This document shows, piece after piece, positions 30,293 through 40,903 of a DNA stretch of 64,000 nucleotides. The stretch covers positions 96,001 to 160,000 of the forward strand of contig CBDCDA010000001.1 of NCBI GenBank assembly GCA_965215335.1, read 5' to 3'. The stretch is from an uncultured Candidatus Entotheonella sp. Lineage in GTDB: Bacteria > Tectomicrobia > Entotheonellia > Entotheonellales > Entotheonellaceae. The translations under genes were made by a program, and so were the position numbers. The notes beneath the pieces are model-generated. The model was given only the letters and a program-made list of their open reading frames with translations, was not told the origin of the DNA and did not search any database. Every line of letters starts with the position of its first letter. Positions within the stretch are counted from its first letter, which is position 1.

Positions 30293-31504
30293 TCAGGTTG
30301 AATACCGCACCCGGCCAAGCACAATGGGCAGCGCGATCTTGACAACGACCGTGAACACCAGCAAGCCGATGGACAAGACGCCCACGGATACCCATATCTC
30401 GGCATCGGCCGGCATGTATTCGAATATCTCGCCCATGGAGGTGGGAATGAATCCGGGGATGACCAAGCCCATGGTCTTCTCGATCCAGATTTCCGCAATG
30501 GCCAGCAGGCATGCGACGTTCAGGAGCAGCCGCCGCTGACGCAACGCCCGCACCAGGACGAGACAGGCGGCAACCACGCCCAGGCCGTGGGCGATCCAGA
30601 TCCACGGCACGAGCCGGCCGAACCCCTTCAGCCCGAAGTAGAGATAATGCGCCGAGATGGCGTGCTCGCCCTGCGTGTAGAAATGGGTAAACATTTCCAC
30701 GCCGACGAGAAAGAGATTGAACAGCAACGCCGCCTGCATGATGGTTGCCAGCAAGTCGATCGCCGGTGCCGCCGCTCGCTGCCTGTCGAACCAGCCCACC
30801 ACCTGGAGCACCAGGATGAGGACGGCCGGCCCCGAAACAAATGCTGCCGCCAGGAAGCGGGGCGCCAGGACTGCCGTATTCCAGAACGGGCGCGCCTCGT
30901 ACCCGGACAGCAGGAATGCCTCGACCGTTACCATCGCCATGACGAACACCATAGCCACAATACCCACCCACCGCCGCAGTATCGGGGCACTCTGACCCCG
31001 CCCGCGGTAATTCCTGAACAGCAAGGTGCCGGTCAGCCACAGGGTAAAGAGGAGATAGACATTCAGCACCAAGGCGTCCCAGGACAACAGGGAGTAGGGG
31101 AAATTGTACCTGCCGATGAACGGGATCATGTGCCAGAGGCGGTCCGGCCTGCCGAGGTCGACGAGGATATACAGCGAACTCATGATCACCGCCGACAACG
31201 CCACGGCAACGCCCAGCAACGCCGCCTGACCGACGTCCGCGCGCTGGTAGAGGATGGCGGCGATGACCAGCACGATCGACGCCGCGGCAACCCCGCCCAT
31301 GAAAATGAAATTGGCGATGTAGAGTCCCCAATTGACCTGGTCGCTCAGGTGGGTGACAACCATGCCTTCCGCAAGCTGGCCGCCGTAGTACCTCGCGCCC
31401 ATCCCGACGCCCGCCAGCAGCACGACCAGCCACAGCCAGTAATACCACTTGCCGCGAAGCACCAGCTTGACACCGTCGGAGCAGAAACTCCCGAATGCCC
31501 GCAT
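30293..31504 (-). CDS. nrfD: NrfD/PsrC/DsrP-family quinone-interacting membrane subunit
   Basis: WGLYIANF, DLGRPDR.WH, S.L.WD, PRFLA; multi-TM. Confidence 0.88.
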   Translation of the reverse strand: MRAFGSFCSDGVKLVLRGKWYYWLWLVVLLAGVGMGARYYGGQLAEGMVVTHLSDQVNWGLYIANFIFMGGVAAASIVLVIAAILYQRADVGQAALLGVAVALSAVIMSSLYILVDLGRPDRLWHMIPFIGRYNFPYSLLSWDALVLNVYLLFTLWLTGTLLFRNYRGRGQSAPILRRWVGIVAMVFVMAMVTVEAFLLSGYEARPFWNTAVLAPRFLAAAFVSGPAVLILVLQVVGWFDRQRAAAPAIDLLATIMQAALLFNLFLVGVEMFTHFYTQGEHAISAHYLYFGLKGFGRLVPWIWIAHGLGVVAACLVLVRALRQRRLLLNVACLLAIAEIWIEKTMGLVIPGFIPTSMGEIFEYMPADAEIWVSVGVLSIGLLVFTVVVKIALPIVLGRVRYST

Positions 31505-31557
31505 ACCTGATGACTCTTTATCGTTCCCGGGTTGTCGTCACGACCGGATGGAATGGC

Positions 31558-32535
31558 TCAGTCAAAGTAATACCAGAACTTGGGATCGCAGCCCGCTTCC
31601 TCTTTCAGGCGGAACACGCGCTTGTTGTCGAGGACATACCGAATCTCACTGGTGGGATCGAGCAGATTGCCGAACACCCGCGCGCCGGTGGGGCAGGCCT
31701 CCACGCAGGCTGGATTGCGGCCCTTGCGCGACCGCTGAATGCAGTTGGTGCACTTTTCCACGACGCCGCGTTCCCTGGGACGATTGCCCAGGAAATGGGT
31801 GTCGGCGTTGATCTCGCCCTCCGGGATGACCGGATCAGCCCAGTTGAAACGGCGCGCGGAATACGGGCAGGCGGCCATGCAGGCGCGCGTCCCGATGCAC
31901 CAGTCGTAGTCCGTCACGACGATCCCGTCCGGCTCCAGCCACGTGGCGTCTACCGGGCATGCCTTCACGCAAGGCGGGTTGTTGCACTGCACACACTGCA
32001 TGGGCATGTAAATCTTGTCGGGCAGAGGGACCTTTTCGGTATCGTAATAATGGTTGGATTCATGCAGGTCCAAGGAGCCTTTCTGCAATTCCACCACCCG
32101 AATGTATTGTACCTGCGGCGAGCGGCTCAGGTTGTTTTCCTGCACGCAAGCCTCCACGCACTCCCGCACGCCCGTGCAGCGCGACAAATTGAGCGCGAAT
32201 CCGAACACCACGCCGGGCGGCGGTGGCGCGTCACCTACCTCGATGTCCACGCCATAGCGCCGTTTTGCCTTGCGTTCGATACGGCCAATCGCTTCCTGAA
32301 TCTCCTCCCTGGTCATTTCCTGGTATTGCTTCTGAAAAAAATCCCCGACGCTGTCCGAGAACGCACTGCGGTCATCGGTTGCCGCTCGGGCGCCAACGGC
32401 CAAGCCACCGCCAAGCAGCAGGCCCAGTGACCCCAGCCAGCCGCCCCGGCGCAACAGGCTGCGCCGGGACAACAGCCGTTCCTTACGACGCGTACGCGGT
32501 TGCGAGCGTGCTTTCCAAAAGCCAGACCATTTCAT
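31558..32535 (-). CDS. NrfC/DsrO-like [4Fe-4S] protein, Tat signal
   Basis: RRSLL; CTGVRECVEAC, CVQCNNPPCVKACP, CIGTRACMAACPY, KCTNC...ACVEACP. Confidence 0.88.
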   Translation of the reverse strand: MKWSGFWKARSQPRTRRKERLLSRRSLLRRGGWLGSLGLLLGGGLAVGARAATDDRSAFSDSVGDFFQKQYQEMTREEIQEAIGRIERKAKRRYGVDIEVGDAPPPPGVVFGFALNLSRCTGVRECVEACVQENNLSRSPQVQYIRVVELQKGSLDLHESNHYYDTEKVPLPDKIYMPMQCVQCNNPPCVKACPVDATWLEPDGIVVTDYDWCIGTRACMAACPYSARRFNWADPVIPEGEINADTHFLGNRPRERGVVEKCTNCIQRSRKGRNPACVEACPTGARVFGNLLDPTSEIRYVLDNKRVFRLKEEAGCDPKFWYYFD

Positions 32536-32574
32536 GTCGCCTCCCTTGAGAACAGGACGCCGAGTGCTGCCGCC

Positions 32575-33237
32575 CTAATAATCCTCGTACAACCATTCGC
32601 TGTCCGGGCGAATGGGGTGCTTTTCGAGCGGCACGTGCTTGTGGGCTTCCTCGAGACCCTGCCAATAGGCGTCATCTGCGAAGTCCGGTTCCGGGAACGG
32701 GTTGTCCGGGTCCGTGTTGTGGCAATACGTGCAGGTCTCGAGTTCCCCGTACTTCATGCCCGCAGCAATGACCTCTGCGCGCGGCCAGTCGTCTTTCGGA
32801 TAGCTGTCCTTCACGGGCTGGTAATCGCCTGCCGGTCCGTGGCACGTCTCGCATCCCACGCCCCCCAGTTTTCTCATCTTGCGCATTTTGCCGATGACGT
32901 AGCCGCCTCTCTCCCAGCCGGTGACGTGGCACTTCACGCACTTCGGGTCCGCCGTGTAGTCCTTCGCCGGGTCGAGATCGGCCTTCTTTTTGGCCCCCAC
33001 GTCCGTCCCTGCCTCCAGAGACTCCATGGCGTTGGCGTGCTTGGTCTTCTTCCACGACACATATTGTTCCTCGTGGCAATTGTGACAGCGTTTGTTTTCC
33101 AGGTGCCCGAGATATTTGACCTGCTTCTCGGCGGCGCCCGCCGTCTCGACGTCGAGCAAAGACAAGGCCGGCAAGGAGCCGAAAACGGACAACACGGCAA
33201 AGAGAAACAGATTCCGGTACCGTCTGGAACGGTTCAC
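32575..33237 (-). CDS. Cytochrome c554-family tetraheme cytochrome
   Basis: YLG...CHNCH..QY.SW..TKHA, CVKCHVTG, VGCETCHGP, CTYCH; GTG start with RBS. Confidence 0.85.
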   Translation of the reverse strand: MNRSRRYRNLFLFAVLSVFGSLPALSLLDVETAGAAEKQVKYLGHLENKRCHNCHEEQYVSWKKTKHANAMESLEAGTDVGAKKKADLDPAKDYTADPKCVKCHVTGWERGGYVIGKMRKMRKLGGVGCETCHGPAGDYQPVKDSYPKDDWPRAEVIAAGMKYGELETCTYCHNTDPDNPFPEPDFADDAYWQGLEEAHKHVPLEKHPIRPDSEWLYEDY

Positions 33238-33580
33238 GAAGGTATCCTCACCCCGAATATTGGGAAGGCGTTTCCGTACAAGGTGCCAGTGCCCCTTGCA
33301 GCCTCTCCCCAAGGGCAATGCATGCGCGGCAATTCCCCGCTTTGTCAGCATGACTTACGGACATCCAAACACGTCGTTGGCTTCTTGCAGGCAAGGAGGC
33401 ACAGCAGGGTAAAACGATTGGGCTACTCTAGTGAAAATATCCACGCATGGCAAGCAAAAATCAGGTGCTCCATGGCTTGCTGTTTACTTTCCTCTTGGTC
33501 AATAGTAGGTTGCCCCGGCAAACATTCGGGCTGTTCCCCTTGAAGCAGAAACCTCGAGGATTATTCACGGGCACTGACGT

Positions 33581-36500
33581 ATGGCTGACCATCCCCACCC
33601 CACGGTGAATACCGCCGAGTCGAACATCGCAAAATTTCAGAACCTTCTGCGCGAACTGTTCCAGTTCGACTGCGCCGACCTGGATTTCGGCATCTACCGC
33701 ATCATGAACCACAAGCGGGACGCCATCGAGACATTCATCACCGAACAACTGCCGGGCACCGTCGCCACCGAGCTGAACCGTGGCCCCTTGGCCCAAAGAA
33801 TCCAGACCGAGGCCGCGCTGGAACAGGCACGCCAGCGAGTAGAAGCAGCGTTGGGGACGGACGCGATGGACGCAGACGGTCAATTGGCCGATGCCTACCG
33901 GGATACGCCGCTCGGCAGGCGCTACCTGGAGGCCCAGGCCCAAGCCGCCGACGGCAGCCGCAACCGCATCGCCATTGAAGCTGACGTCTACAACCATCTC
34001 TACACCTTTTTCAGCCGCTACTACCAGGACGGCGATTTCATCTCCAAACGCCGCTACGCCCGCAACCCACGGTACGCCATTCCATACAACGGCGAGGAGG
34101 TTCATCTCCACTGGGCCAACCGCGACCAGTACTACGTCAAGACCGCCGAGCACTTCTACAACTACGACTGGAAGACACCGGGCGGCGTGGCGGTGCACTT
34201 CCGGCTCAAGACCGCCGACGTGGAGCAGAACAACGTCAAGGGCGACAGGCGTTTTTTCCTGCCCCGTATCGCTGAAACGGAATGGGAGGTGGCCACTCGC
34301 GCCGTTACCATTCCCTTTGAATACCGTCCCTTGACGTCATCCGAACAGGTCCGTTACGGCAGCCGGAACCAGCAGGAGAGCATCATCACCGCAAGCCGTG
34401 ACGCGATTCCAAAGCAGTTACCCAACGCGCCCGAAGCCTTCGCCGCGCTGACCGGTGAGCGACGGCGCAACGGGAAAAACGAACCCGTCAGCCATCTGGA
34501 ACACCACCTGCGGCAGTACACCCGCCGCAACGATTCCGACTTCTTCATCCATAAGGACCTGTCGGGATTTCTCTCCCGCGAGCTGGATTTCTACCTCAAG
34601 AACGACGTGCTGAACCTGGACGACGTCGCCAATGCCGGGCTGAACATGGCTGAAGGCTGGTTCCAGCAGATGCGCCTGATCAAGGCCGTCGGCAGCCAGA
34701 TCATCGACTTTCTGGCCCAGATCGAAGGCTTTCAGAAAATGCTCTGGGAAAAGCGCAAGTTCGTTACCGAAGCGCAGTACTGCATTGCCCTGGGCAGCAT
34801 TGATCCTTTCTTTTACCCGGACATCGCCGACAACACCGCGCAGTGGGCTGAATGGCGGCAGCTATATGACATTGACGGCAGTGACCGGAGCGCGGCGTTT
34901 CTGCAAGCCCACCCGACCCTGATGGTGGATACGGCGCACTTTGACACCGCTTTTAGCGATCGTCTGCTGGCGTCTTTTGATGATCTGGATGGGCTGACGG
35001 ACGGGCTGCTGGTTCACGGCGAGAACTGGCAGGCGTCGAGTTTGCTGCGCGAACGATACTCGGGGCAAGTGAAGTGTATCCATATCGATCCGCCATACAA
35101 CACCCAAACAAGCAGCTTCCTGTACAAGAACGGTTATCGGCATTCCAGTTGGCTGGCGATGATTCATGATCGCATTGTTGCCGGAGACCCACTGATGAAC
35201 CCGTTCGGAATCCTGTTGTGCCACATTGACGAGAACGAATACGAGAAACTCTACATGATGTTGGAAAGTGTCGGAATTCCCGATGTCGGAACAATAATCT
35301 GGGACAAGAGAAATCCCATGACCGGCGGTGGAGGCATTGCGACGCAGCATGAATACATCATCTGCAGGTCACGGTCAGACGGTGAGATACGCCTTCGAAA
35401 CGTCAACAGTCAGTTGATCTTGAACAGAGCCAGAGAGTTGGTCAGCAGAGATGTCGGGGTGTCAGAACGTACAAGGACAGAGTTTTCGCGTTGGGTATCG
35501 AGCAACGATCGTCTTACCGGAGGCGAAAAGGCATATCGCTACCTGGACGATGCGGGAAGGGTGTATTCCAGCGTCAGCTTGAGAGCTCCTGAACCCAGGA
35601 CCGATCGCAAGTTTTTCGAGCCGCTGCTGCACCCTATGACAGGAAAACCCTGTGCAGTCCCACCGAATGGGTTTTCACGCACTCCCGAAACACTGAAATC
35701 AATGGTCGAGCGAGGAGAAGTCTTATTCGGAGACGATGAAACCACGCAACCCCGACAAAAGCGTTTCCTCATGGAAGAATCGAGACGACAACTTTCATCC
35801 GTGATTCAAGATGCAACAAGAGGCAAAACAGTCCTTGATGCCCAAGGGTTGGAGAATTTTCCCTATAGCCACTCCGTGTCCTTCTACGAGGAGCTGCTGG
35901 GCGCGACGGCAAATGGCTCCGATGACGTGATTCTCGACTACTTCGCCGGCTCCGGCACCACCGGCCACGCCGTCATCAACCTGAACCGCGAGGACGGCGG
36001 CCAGCGCAAGTTCCTCCTCGTCGAGATGGGCGAATACTTCGACACGGTGCTCCTGCCGCGCATCAAGAAGGTAACCTTCTCGCCGGCATGGAAAGACGGC
36101 AAGCCCCGACGTGCCGCCACCGCGGAAGAAGCGGAGCGGTCGCCCCGCATCGTCAAGTACGTCCGTCTGGAATCCTACGAGGACGCGCTGGACAGCCTCG
36201 AGTTTGACGACGCCGGCGGCCAGTTGCGGCTGCAGGAGCGGTTTGACGACTACCTGCTCACGTACATGCCGCACTGGGAAACCAGGGACAGCGCAACCCT
36301 GCTCAACGTGTCAAGGCTGACCCGCCCTTTCACCTACCAGCTGCGCGTTCACGTCAACGGGGACAAGCAGGAGCGGACGGTTGACCTGCCGGAGACGTTC
36401 AACTATCTGCTGGGGCTGAACGTCCGCACACGCCGGACGTATGACGATGGCGGGCGGCGCTATCTGGTCTACCGGGGCGAAACACGGGAACGCCCCGGCC

Positions 36501-36697
36501 ACCCCGTCGCCGTCATCTGGCGGGAAACCGACGACTGGGCGGCGCAAGACTTCAGGCGGGACCGGCAGTTTGTCATGGAGCGACAGATGGCCGAAGACGG
36601 TGATATGGTGTACGTCAACGGCGATTCCTGCATCCCCAGCGCCAAGGCCGTCGAACCGATGTTCAAGACGCGGATGTTTGCCGGTGTGAACGCCTGA
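33581..36697 (+). CDS. mod: Type III R-M methyltransferase Mod
   Basis: DLDFGIYRI, IHIDPPYNT (motif IV), LDYFAGSGTT (motif I), DLPETFNYLLG. Confidence 0.92.
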   Translation: MADHPHPTVNTAESNIAKFQNLLRELFQFDCADLDFGIYRIMNHKRDAIETFITEQLPGTVATELNRGPLAQRIQTEAALEQARQRVEAALGTDAMDADGQLADAYRDTPLGRRYLEAQAQAADGSRNRIAIEADVYNHLYTFFSRYYQDGDFISKRRYARNPRYAIPYNGEEVHLHWANRDQYYVKTAEHFYNYDWKTPGGVAVHFRLKTADVEQNNVKGDRRFFLPRIAETEWEVATRAVTIPFEYRPLTSSEQVRYGSRNQQESIITASRDAIPKQLPNAPEAFAALTGERRRNGKNEPVSHLEHHLRQYTRRNDSDFFIHKDLSGFLSRELDFYLKNDVLNLDDVANAGLNMAEGWFQQMRLIKAVGSQIIDFLAQIEGFQKMLWEKRKFVTEAQYCIALGSIDPFFYPDIADNTAQWAEWRQLYDIDGSDRSAAFLQAHPTLMVDTAHFDTAFSDRLLASFDDLDGLTDGLLVHGENWQASSLLRERYSGQVKCIHIDPPYNTQTSSFLYKNGYRHSSWLAMIHDRIVAGDPLMNPFGILLCHIDENEYEKLYMMLESVGIPDVGTIIWDKRNPMTGGGGIATQHEYIICRSRSDGEIRLRNVNSQLILNRARELVSRDVGVSERTRTEFSRWVSSNDRLTGGEKAYRYLDDAGRVYSSVSLRAPEPRTDRKFFEPLLHPMTGKPCAVPPNGFSRTPETLKSMVERGEVLFGDDETTQPRQKRFLMEESRRQLSSVIQDATRGKTVLDAQGLENFPYSHSVSFYEELLGATANGSDDVILDYFAGSGTTGHAVINLNREDGGQRKFLLVEMGEYFDTVLLPRIKKVTFSPAWKDGKPRRAATAEEAERSPRIVKYVRLESYEDALDSLEFDDAGGQLRLQERFDDYLLTYMPHWETRDSATLLNVSRLTRPFTYQLRVHVNGDKQERTVDLPETFNYLLGLNVRTRRTYDDGGRRYLVYRGETRERPGHPVAVIWRETDDWAAQDFRRDRQFVMERQMAEDGDMVYVNGDSCIPSAKAVEPMFKTRMFAGVNA

Positions 36698-36723
36698 CGG
36701 CCGGAACGACGGAGACCCGAGCG

Positions 36724-39700
36724 ATGCCGCGCCCGCGCCGTTCCAATCAACCCCGCCGGCCCGCCACTCGCGGTTACGCCCGTCTGGCGCAACAGCTCGT
36801 CCTCCTGGATTGGCTGCACCGGCAGCTGGGCTACGACAGCACCGACCAACTCCTGGCGGACATCAAGCAAGCCGACGAGGGTTTCGACCCGCAGGGCCGC
36901 AGCCATATCCATGCCCGGCTAGCGTCGCGGGCGGGGCGGATGCAGGACGTTACGGCGCACGACCTGCAACGTTACGATGACCACATCCGCACGCATCTGG
37001 AAGCGATGAACGCCGGGCGGTCCGAACTCGTCACGTTACGCTATTTCCAATACCTGGCGGCACTGTACACCGACATCTATCTCGACCGCTACTGCAATCG
37101 GCCCGACGCCTTGCTGCGCTCGCTGAACGCCTTCGTCAGGCGGCGCAACGCGAACCGCCGACCCAATGAACAGACCCAGCCGTTCGTTGCCGACGACCTG
37201 TCCAAGCTGGCCTTCTGGATGGCAACGGGCAGCGGCAAGACGCTATTGCTGCACCTGAACTACCGGCAGTTTCTCCACTATAACCGGAAACCGTTGGACA
37301 ACCTCCTGCTGATTACGCCCAACGAAGGATTGAGTCAGCAGCACTTGTACGACCTGCAAGCGTCCAGCATCCCGGTGCAACGCTTCGACCTCAACGAACA
37401 CGGCGGCCTGCTGCGGGAAATGGGGGCGGTGAGCGTGATCGAGATTACCAAGCTGGTCATGGAGAAGCGCGGCGCAGGCGAGAGCGTGCCGGTGGAGGCT
37501 TTTCAGGGCAACAATCTGATATTTGTCGATGAAGGGCACAAAGGCTCCGGCGGCGAAGCGTGGCGCAAGGTGCGCGACGCGCTGGGAGAAACGGGGTTTA
37601 CCTTCGAGTACAGCGCCACCTTTGGACAGGCCTTGGCCGCAGCAAGGGACGACGCCCTGGTCGAGGAGTACGGCAAGGCCATCGCCTTCGACTATTCCTA
37701 TCGCTACTTCTACGGCGACGGCTACGGCAAGGACTTCAGCATCCTCAACCTGCAGCGGGAAACGACGGCGGAACAGACGGACGGGCTGCTGCTGGCAAAC
37801 CTGTTGTCTTTCTACGAACAGCAGTCGGTCTTTACCGAACAGAGAGAAGCCTTGCGGGGTTACAACCTGGACAAGCCGCTTTGGGTATTTGTCGGAAACA
37901 CGGTTTAGCAAAAAGAGAACGCCGGCTACCGCAGCGATGTTCTGACGGTCATACGATTCCTGCATCGTGTGTTGGCAAGCCCGGCATGGGCCATGGAAAC
38001 CATCGGCCGGCTGCTTCAGGGTGAATCGGGGCTGCTCAACCCGCATGGAAGAGATATTTTTGCCGACAAGTTTGGCTACCTGCGCCGCCGCGAATCGGAC
38101 CCGGCAGACGTATACCGGGCTATCCTGCGCACAACGCTGCATGCGCCCGCCAGCGGCGGGCTGCGCCTGTGCGACCTCCGCGGCAGCGACGGCGAGTTGG
38201 GCCTGAAAGCCGGCGGTAGCGAGGATTACTTCGGCGTCATCTACATCGGCGACACGGCGGCGTTCAAAAGACTGGTCGAGACCGACGGTGCCGGCATCGT
38301 CATCGAGGACGATGCCCTGTCTGGTTCCCTGTTCGAACGCATCAACGAACCACATACGACCGTTGACGTACTGGCAGGTTCGCGGAAGTTCATGGAGGGC
38401 TGGAACTCCTGGCGGGTGTCCAATATGGGGTTGCTCAACATCGGCAGGAGCGAAGGCTCGCAGATCATCCAGCTGTTCGGGCGCGGCGTCCGCCTACGGG
38501 GTAGAGAGCTGACGCTGAAACGCAGTTCGGCCCTGAACGACGGCCCGCATCCCGATTCCATCGGGCTGCTGGAAACCCTCGACATCTTCGCGGTGCGGGC
38601 CAACTACATGACCCAATTCCGGGATTACCTGGAAAGCGAGGGCATCGACACGAGCGAGCCGGTGGAACTACCGCTGTTCATCCGGCCCAACCGCGACTTT
38701 CTGGAGCGAGGCCTGCTCATCCCGCGCCCGGGCGACGGGCAGGATTTTCAGGCGGACGAAGTGGTTTTGCTGCAATACGATGCCGGCGTGTCGGAGGTAT
38801 CCGTCACGATGTCCGCGGCCGTCGAGGAGTTGGCCAGTCATGGAAGCGGCATCACCGATGCCAGCGCCAGTTCCGGCAGTGAACAGCAGATACCGGCCGA
38901 GAGCCTTGACCTGGTGGACTGGAACGGGGCCTGTCTGGCCCTGTGGAACCACAAGGAGGCGAGACAACTCAGCAATCTGGTGATCCAGCAGGGCGCCCTG
39001 CGAAGCATCCTGGAAGAGGGGACAGCGTATCAACTGATCGCAGAGGAATCGGTTGTAAAGCCCAGGAGCCAGACGGAACGGGAACGGTTGCAGGAGGCCG
39101 TTGTCAACATCTTGCGAACCTACGCCGATGCGCTCTACCGACACCGACAGGCGCAATGGGAGGCAAACCATCTCGTGTACAAGACCCTGGAGGCGGATGA
39201 CCCCAACTTGCGGTTCAACTTCAACATCGGGGAGGAAGCCGGCAGGTACATTGTCAAGGTGTCGCGGGAACATGCGAATCTGACAGGGGAAATCGAACAA
39301 CTCATCGCCAACTGCGACGCGCTTTATCGCGACGACCGGGGAAAATTGCCCCGCATTCATTTCGACCGGCACCTGTACCAGCCACTCCTCATAGAAAGTC
39401 CCGACGGGAAGATAAAAATGTCGCCAGCCGGCTTACAGGAAAGCGAGCGGAGATTCGTCGCTGACCTGAAAGACTACTGCGCCAGTGAATCAGACGGCGC
39501 GGAACTGTTTCTGCTGAAAAACCAGAGTCGAGGCAAGGGCGTGGGATTTTTCCAGAGCACCGGATTTTACCCCGATTTCATTCTCTGGATACGAACAGGC
39601 GACAGGCAGCGCATCGTGTTCGTGGAACCGCATGGCATGCTGCATGCCACAGCATACCGGCATGATGAGAAAGCACGGTTTCACGAGCATCTGCCCGAGC

Positions 39701-39903
39701 TGGCACGCGAAATATCACGGCGTTCCGGCACCCCGAACGTGCAACTCGATTCCTTCATCGTTTCTGCAACTCCCCATCAGGCATTATACAAGCGGTACGA
39801 TGATGGAACGTGGGACCGGGAGAAGTTCGCGGCAAGGCATATCCTGTTCCCGGAACGCGATGATGCATACGACTACCTGGCCAGGATAATCCAGAACCCG
39901 TGA
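36724..39903 (+). pseudogene. res: Type III R-M Res (SF2 helicase + nuclease) with in-frame TAG at 37906-37908
   Basis: MATGSGKT, VDEGH, EYSAT, EGW, QLFGRGVR, FYPDF..EPH; both ORFs share one frame (FVGNTV*QKENAG). Confidence 0.88.
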
Positions 39904-39941
39904 GGCGGAGGCGGGAGGCTCATTGTGGGACTGTACACCTA

Positions 39942-40784
39942 GGCTCAGGACCTATAAAAGGGTATCATTGATCATGTAGGATTCAAGACCCTAACTTCAT
40001 AAGGAGGTTCATCATGCCCGATCACTGCTTCTGGCTATCCGACGTGCAGTTTGCCCGCCTGAAACCCCTGCTACCCAACAAGGTGCGGGGCGTCCCACGC
40101 GTCGATGACCGAAAGGTCATCAGCGGCATCATCCACGTCATTCGATACGGTCTGATGTGGCGCCACGCGCCCGCCTGCTACGGTCCCCACAAGACGCTCT
40201 ACAACCGCTTCGTGCGCTGGAGCAAGGCCGGTGTCTTCGACCGCATCTTCCAAACCTTGGCCGCCGACAGCACGGCCACCGAGACCGTCATGATCGACAG
40301 CACGCATCTCAAGGCGCATCGCACCGCTGCCAGCCTGCTTGAGGGGGGGCTTTTCCGCGTCATATCGGGCGTACCCGAGGCGGCCTCGACTCGAAACTTC
40401 ACGCCGTCTGCGACGGCGACGGCAAGCCCGTCGTCATGGTGTTGACTGCGGGCCAGGTCAGCGACTATCGCGGGGCGGACATGGCGCTGCCCGCATTGCC
40501 GGAGGCCGACGTGCTGATTGCCGACAAGGGTTATGACAGCAACCGGCTGCGCAAGGCGCTTGCCGAGCGCAAGATCAAGCCCTGTATTCCAGGCCGTGCC
40601 AATCGTAAAGAGCCGATTGTCTACGACACGGAGCTTTACAAGAGCCGTAATCTCATCGAGCGCCTGTTCGGTCGTCTCAAGGATTGGCGTCGCATCGCCA
40701 CGCGCTATGACCGGTGTGCGCACACCTTTTTCAGTGCCATCTGCCTTGCTGCCACGGTCATCTTCTGGATATGAGTCCTGAACC
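39942..40784 (+). mobile_element. IS5-family (IS427-like) insertion sequence, 843 bp
   Basis: IRs GGCTCAGGACCTAT / revcomp GGTTCAGGACTCAT; TA duplication at 39940-39941 and 40785-40786. Confidence 0.9.
40014..40774 (+). CDS. IS5-family transposase, two ORFs joined by a -1 frameshift near 40343-40349
   Basis: YGPHKTLYNRFVRWS, MIDST; then GRTRGGL.SKLH, ADKGYD, RNLIERLF.RLKDWRRIATRYDR. Confidence 0.85.
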
Positions 40785-40903
40785 TAATCAAGTCTAATTC
40801 AACCGAGGCACCGGTTCAAATTTCAGATGCATACACAGCCAGTATCTGGGCCAGAATTGGGGCGTGGTCGGTGCACCGAGACGCCTGACGGGTGGAACAC
40901 CCA

